From an uncultured bacterium (lineage in GTDB: Bacteria; JAJVIF01; JAPKYR01): DNA of 11,381 nt. The translations under genes were made by a program, and so were the position numbers. Shown here piece after piece: positions 7,180-11,381 of the stretch. The DNA lies in contig CBDURU010000114.1 of NCBI GenBank assembly GCA_965369865.1, positions 1-11,381 of the forward strand. The letters run 5' to 3'. Numbering within the stretch: the stretch's first letter is position 1; each line of letters opens with the position of its first letter. Below the pieces are notes generated by a model. It ran no database searches. It had not been told where the DNA came from and saw only the letters and a list, made by a program, of their open reading frames with translations.

Positions 7180-7968
7180 ATGCCTTACGATTATGAAAAC
7201 TTCCTCGTGGAAGTCAAAGACAATATCGCTCTGGTAACTTTCAACCGTCCGAAAGCCCTTAACGCATTGAGTAAAAGCGTAATGGAAGAACTCAACTCCA
7301 TCGCCGATGCCCTGGATGTCGACGACGATGTGTGGGGAGTTATCTTCACCGGAGCCGGTGAGAAAGCCTTCATCGCGGGTGCCGATATCAAGGAACTCGC
7401 CGCCCTCAACGCGATCAACGCGGCCGATTACTCAAGATGGCTGCAGGAGATATTCATGAAGGTCGAGATGATGCGCAAACCGACAATCGCCGCGGTCAAT
7501 GGGTTCTGTCTCGGCGGTGGGTGTGAATTCGCGATGGCGTGCCATATGAGAGTCGCAAGCGAAAAAGCCAGGTTCGGGCAGCCCGAAGTGCATCTTGGCG
7601 TAATCCCCGGCGCGATGGGTACGATTCGCCTTCCCAGGCTGGTCGGGAAAGGGCTTGCCATGGAATTGATCCTGACCGGGAAGATGATCAGGGCCGATGA
7701 AGCATACCGTTTAGGGCTGGTCAATAAAGTTGTGGCTGAGGACGAACTTCTCGATGAATGTTTCAAGATAATGAAAGCGATTTTCAATAACGGCGGACTT
7801 GCGGTCAGGTATGCGATTGAAAGCATCAACCATGGCCTTACCACTACCCCGGTCGAGGGAGGGAATATCGAGGCGAACCTGTTCGGACTCTGCTATGCAA
7901 CCGAGGATTCAAAGGAAGGATTGAACGCCTTCATCGAAAAACGCGATCCGCAATTTAAATGGAAATAG
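7180..7968 (+). CDS. Enoyl-CoA hydratase (crotonase superfamily)
   Basis: NRPKALNAL, AFIAGADI oxyanion loop, both catalytic glutamates (GGGCE, GQPEV) and C-terminal EG..AF.EKR.P.F. Confidence 0.95.
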   Translation: MPYDYENFLVEVKDNIALVTFNRPKALNALSKSVMEELNSIADALDVDDDVWGVIFTGAGEKAFIAGADIKELAALNAINAADYSRWLQEIFMKVEMMRKPTIAAVNGFCLGGGCEFAMACHMRVASEKARFGQPEVHLGVIPGAMGTIRLPRLVGKGLAMELILTGKMIRADEAYRLGLVNKVVAEDELLDECFKIMKAIFNNGGLAVRYAIESINHGLTTTPVEGGNIEANLFGLCYATEDSKEGLNAFIEKRDPQFKWK

Positions 7969-8015
7969 CAAGCAGGTTGTTTTTGGTCGGCCGGAAGTGC
8001 GGAATCGAACGACCA

Positions 8016-8098
8016 GGGGACTGGCAATCAAATTTACCGGCTCTGTTAAAGGTCAGACCTTTGTTTGTGTACCCCGGTAAATTTGAGTGCCTGTCCCC
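8016..8098 (+). repeat. 83-bp REPIN/MITE-like element, copy 3
   Basis: Arms GGGGACTGGCAATCAAATTTACCGG / CCGGTAAATTTGAGTGCCTGTCCCC (23/25 complementary). The 33-nt core contains the palindrome AAAGGTC-A-GACCTTT. Confidence 0.8.
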
Positions 8099-8175
8099 GG
8101 TGATGCACACATTGCTGCGACATACGGCTTCTTCAGGCTTTATTTTTACCCGACGCTCATGTAACCTTGCTGGTT

Positions 8176-8619
8176 ATGTCTCTTCCTGGCGATATTGAAT
8201 CACGGCGGGAACTTGGCGCTGAGCTTAAATCGAATCCGAATTTTGAAAGTGTCCTCAACCTGATAGACACACTTCTCGGAGATGAGGGCTGTCCATGGGA
8301 TCGCTCAAGAACGCTTGCCGACTGCCCGGAATATTTAAACGATGAGCTTAGAGAAGTTGTCGAGGCCATTGAATCCGGCGATAACGATAATCTCGAGGAA
8401 GAGCTTGGCGATCTCCTTTTTATGGTTGCCTTTACAGCGAAGATCGCTGATAAGGAAGGTCGCGTCAATGTCAGACGGATGTTTGAGAAGATTTTAAACA
8501 AAATGGTCTATCGTCACCCGCATGTATTTGGAGGCGAGATGACAGCGGAAACATCCGATGAGGTCTACGATAACTGGCAGAAACTTAAGGAACAGGAAAA
8601 GTCCGGGAATAAAAAATAA
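8176..8619 (+). CDS. mazG: MazG-family nucleoside triphosphate pyrophosphohydrolase (single domain)
   Basis: GCPWD, E..EV.EAI, EELGDLL, RHPHVFG and W..LK..EK motifs. Start is uncertain (ATG 8176 versus TTG 8167). Confidence 0.9.
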   Translation: MSLPGDIESRRELGAELKSNPNFESVLNLIDTLLGDEGCPWDRSRTLADCPEYLNDELREVVEAIESGDNDNLEEELGDLLFMVAFTAKIADKEGRVNVRRMFEKILNKMVYRHPHVFGGEMTAETSDEVYDNWQKLKEQEKSGNKK

Positions 8620-8638
8620 TCCTCCCGCTAAGTGATCT

Positions 8639-10582
8639 ATGGGGAGAATTGGAAATTTTCAGGAAATTATGCAAGATAAACAGGATATCGGGAACACCAG
8701 GATTGTAGAGCTCATCGGTCTCTACGCAAGCTGGCTGGTTCCATTGATAATTTACATTGCCACAATCGCTCCATGTGTCACCGCTGGCGATGCCGGTGAG
8801 TTTGTCGTCGCCGCATACAGGTTCAGCCTGCCGCACGCTCCCGGGTATCCATTATATATTTTGCTCTTAAAAATCTGGACGATCCTGCCCCTGAATTTCG
8901 GACCGGATTTCTTCGCGGTTAAAAGCAACCTGTTTTCCGCCCTGTTAATGTCGTTAATGTGCTGGGTTTTCTATCGTCTTGCCAGGAATCTGACAGGTTC
9001 CGCGGCAGCCAGCCTTGGAGCCGTTATGCTCCTTGCTTTTTCAAGAACGCTTTGGAAATTCGCCGTTGTCACCGAAGTCTACGCCCTTCACCTGCTGCTG
9101 ATCGTTCTTGTCCTGCTCGGGCTTTCGATCGCTCGCGATGGCAGAAAACCGGTCGGACTTGTCATTGCGGCACTGGCTTTCGGATTCGGACTTGCACACC
9201 ATCACACGATCCTCTTGCTTGTACCCCTTATGATTTTCATGTGGCCGAAAAAGAAAGGGTTCTTTGAAAAACCCGTACCGGTCGCGGGGATTATCGCCGG
9301 ATTCATTCTGCCCCTTGTCCTTTACCTTTTCCTCCCGGTACTCGCGGAAAATACACCGATGTATGAGAATCGAAATTTTACCGCTGGCGACTTCCTCAAC
9401 ACCATAACACGCCAGGAATTTCGCGAACGTGCCGACTGGCAGGACCCGGATGTCCAGATGGTCGGTACTGCCGACACCATGACAAGGTCGCTCAAGTGGG
9501 TTCCCAAGCAGTTCGGCGGGATTTATATTGCTGCGCCTGATAAAGAAGCTGCGGTCATGGCACATATGAGATTCTTCTTTTCAAAATTCTTCAGGTGGAT
9601 CATTCCCGGCCTTTGCGTGATCGGATGGTTCTTCGCGCCACCGGGGAAACGCGCATGGGGATTCTGGTTTGGGGTAACGGCAATCCTCTGGATAATCGCC
9701 GTGAGTTTCTTCTCGCGTGGAAGCCCACTGGGAATGCCCTTCAACTACCTCAGGTCGGTGGACGAATTCCTGCTGCCCGTCAATATTTTCATGGCGCTTG
9801 GATTCGCATGGCTTCTCGCTCCAGTTTCAAGGGCATTGACTTCACAGAAAGACATCGGTGGAACCGAGGAGCAGAATATCATTCCACCAGAATTTATCCC
9901 GGTCGCGATAATGCTGCTTTTATGCGTAATTCCTTTCTTCACAGGGCGGGCTAATTCCAGGTATTCCAACATGACACATCATACCTTCGCACAGGACCAG
10001 GCAAGGAATGTACTCGTCCAGGCCCCGATGAACGGCGTGCTGGTTGTCAGCGGTGATGAATCATTCATGTTTGAATACCTCCGGGAAGTCCGTAACATCC
10101 GCGAGGATCTCGAGCTGGTTGTCTACCCGTTCAGCATACAGGCTGGAAACGATTTGCTCGATCCGGTGGATTCGCTTGCCGTCTTTCTGAGTACACAACT
10201 GGAAGATCGCGAATGCATGTTTTCATTCGGGGATGCCGCGGCAGCGATAGAGAAACTTGGTTCAGGCAGGGCGCTCAGGCTTGACGGTATCGCATACACT
10301 CTTGTTGACCGGGAAGAGGGCGAGCCGTCTTTCAGCATCGGCGACCCTAATATCTGGACTAAATACCAGTTACGAAATCTTGAAGAAGAAATCCTGGATA
10401 CGCTGGTTGTTGATGATTTCGAGTACGAGGTTTTCGACAGGTATGTGAACGGAATGAGGGCATCCTCAGCTTGGCTTATCGACACCGGTTTCGGCCCGGA
10501 CGCAGCAAGGTACGAGCTGGATATTCTGGCCGACCTTCTCCAGGATAAACGGGACGAAACAGATTATCCGAAGGGTCCATAG
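8639..10582 (+). CDS. DUF2723 / TMEM260-like multi-pass membrane GT-C glycosyltransferase
   Basis: GDAGEF, PHAPGYPLY, AVVTEVY and GLAHHHT motifs, many hydrophobic helices and an acidic soluble C-terminal domain. Alternative start at ATG 8669. Confidence 0.85.
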   Translation: MGRIGNFQEIMQDKQDIGNTRIVELIGLYASWLVPLIIYIATIAPCVTAGDAGEFVVAAYRFSLPHAPGYPLYILLLKIWTILPLNFGPDFFAVKSNLFSALLMSLMCWVFYRLARNLTGSAAASLGAVMLLAFSRTLWKFAVVTEVYALHLLLIVLVLLGLSIARDGRKPVGLVIAALAFGFGLAHHHTILLLVPLMIFMWPKKKGFFEKPVPVAGIIAGFILPLVLYLFLPVLAENTPMYENRNFTAGDFLNTITRQEFRERADWQDPDVQMVGTADTMTRSLKWVPKQFGGIYIAAPDKEAAVMAHMRFFFSKFFRWIIPGLCVIGWFFAPPGKRAWGFWFGVTAILWIIAVSFFSRGSPLGMPFNYLRSVDEFLLPVNIFMALGFAWLLAPVSRALTSQKDIGGTEEQNIIPPEFIPVAIMLLLCVIPFFTGRANSRYSNMTHHTFAQDQARNVLVQAPMNGVLVVSGDESFMFEYLREVRNIREDLELVVYPFSIQAGNDLLDPVDSLAVFLSTQLEDRECMFSFGDAAAAIEKLGSGRALRLDGIAYTLVDREEGEPSFSIGDPNIWTKYQLRNLEEEILDTLVVDDFEYEVFDRYVNGMRASSAWLIDTGFGPDAARYELDILADLLQDKRDETDYPKGP

Positions 10583-10610
10583 TCGCCACCCGTGGTACAC
10601 TTCCATTAAT

Positions 10611-11150
10611 ATGAAATTCTGGAAACAACTCGACCGCAAAACCATCTACCAGTCCGACTGGATTGAGATTACAATCGACAAGGTAGAACTTCCGGACGGC
10701 ACCATAATTGATAAATTTGAACTGATGCATTACCCGCATTCCTCTGTTGGAGTTGTTGCGGTAAACGAAAAGGAGGAAATCCTCCTCGTCAGGGCATACC
10801 GCTACCTTCATGAATCTTTCGACTGGGAAATCCCCGGCGGGGTCTGTGAGAAAGAGGAACATCACGTTGATGCCGCGCGAAGGGAACTACTCGAGGAAAC
10901 AGGTTACACGTGCGACATAATCTCACCGATGATTAAATTCTATCCACACAAGGCAACATGCGACCAGAAGTACTATACCTTTCACGCTGAAGGGATTACG
11001 CGCAAGACAGACGATTTCCAGGAAATTGAGATTAGTGAAGTGGCATGGAAATCACCCGATGAAATTCTGAAAATGATCGAGATCGGTGAAATAAATGAGA
11101 GCTTGAGCCTGGTCGCCCTCCAGCACTATTTCCTCCACAGGAAACCATGA
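10611..11150 (+). CDS. Nudix hydrolase, ADP-ribose pyrophosphatase (NudF)-like
   Basis: Nudix box GGVCEKEEHHVDAARRELLEETGY, N-terminal 'DKVELPDG', 'LLVRAYRY' and 'WEIPGG'. Confidence 0.92.
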   Translation: MKFWKQLDRKTIYQSDWIEITIDKVELPDGTIIDKFELMHYPHSSVGVVAVNEKEEILLVRAYRYLHESFDWEIPGGVCEKEEHHVDAARRELLEETGYTCDIISPMIKFYPHKATCDQKYYTFHAEGITRKTDDFQEIEISEVAWKSPDEILKMIEIGEINESLSLVALQHYFLHRKP

Positions 11151-11211
11151 TTTCAGAATTTTACTCTTATCCAAAATAAAATTTCATCAATCGGTAAAAA
11201 AATTTCCCTAA

Positions 11212-11266
11212 GTGCCGTTAGCTTCCAGCTATCGGACAGCCCGTGCCAACCGCATCCTGCGGTTGG
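11212..11266 (+). repeat. Two tandem GTG + 9-bp stem + TCC-loop hairpins (REP-like)
   Basis: GTG CCGTTAGCT TCC AGCTATCGG (11212-11235, one T-T mismatch) and GTG CCAACCGCA TCC TGCGGTTGG (11243-11266, perfect). Confidence 0.6.
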
Positions 11267-11296
11267 ATTTATACTATTTCCAGAAAATAACATTTA

Positions 11297-11366
11297 TTTC
11301 AGGTGCGCCGACATTCCTGTCGGCCTTTATTGATGGATGGCGACAGGAATGTCGGCGCACCTGAAA
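11297..11366. repeat. REP doublet (REPIN-like): perfect 26-bp inverted repeat
   Basis: TTTCAGGTGCGCCGACATTCCTGTCG (11297-11322) / CGACAGGAATGTCGGCGCACCTGAAA (11341-11366), with an 18-nt gap. Each arm is itself palindromic (GCCGACA-TTCC-TGTCGGC). Confidence 0.8.
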
Positions 11367-11381
11367 AAGGAATTATAAAAT

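Noticed and set aside
6729..8098. 82-bp elements as CRISPR repeat-spacer units or integron attC sites
   Set aside because: The arms are inverted rather than direct and the cores are related to each other. The ends lack RYYYAAC/GTTRRRY boxes, and no integrase or cassette organisation is visible.
6968..8098. Composite transposon carrying the crotonase gene between element copies 2 and 3
   Set aside because: No transposase or evident target-site duplication; the copies are diverged and consistent with independent insertions.
8176..8619. MazG as part of a toxin-antitoxin or anti-phage system
   Set aside because: No mazEF or defence genes are nearby, and the motifs match housekeeping MazG.

Overview
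Bacterial window (roughly 50% GC) made up mostly of ordinary genes. In order: the 3' end of a PE-PGRS-like Gly-rich gene interrupted by an in-frame TAG (missed by the ORF track), an acidic lipoprotein, a MarR regulator divergent from a cobalamin-binding radical SAM enzyme, a translationally coupled tldD-pmbA(tldE) pair, an enoyl-CoA hydratase, a single-domain MazG, a DUF2723/TMEM260-like GT-C membrane glycosyltransferase and a Nudix hydrolase. I see no rRNA, tRNA, CRISPR array or transposase. The unusual part is non-coding. Several intergenic gaps carry short palindromic REP/MITE-like elements from several distinct families, including three 82-83 bp GGGGAC...GTCCCC elements with compensatory changes and a set of TCC-loop hairpins. 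There is also a tandem MexR-like operator pair between marR and the radical SAM gene. The sequence alone does not support a complete novel multi-gene system; the findings are leads.
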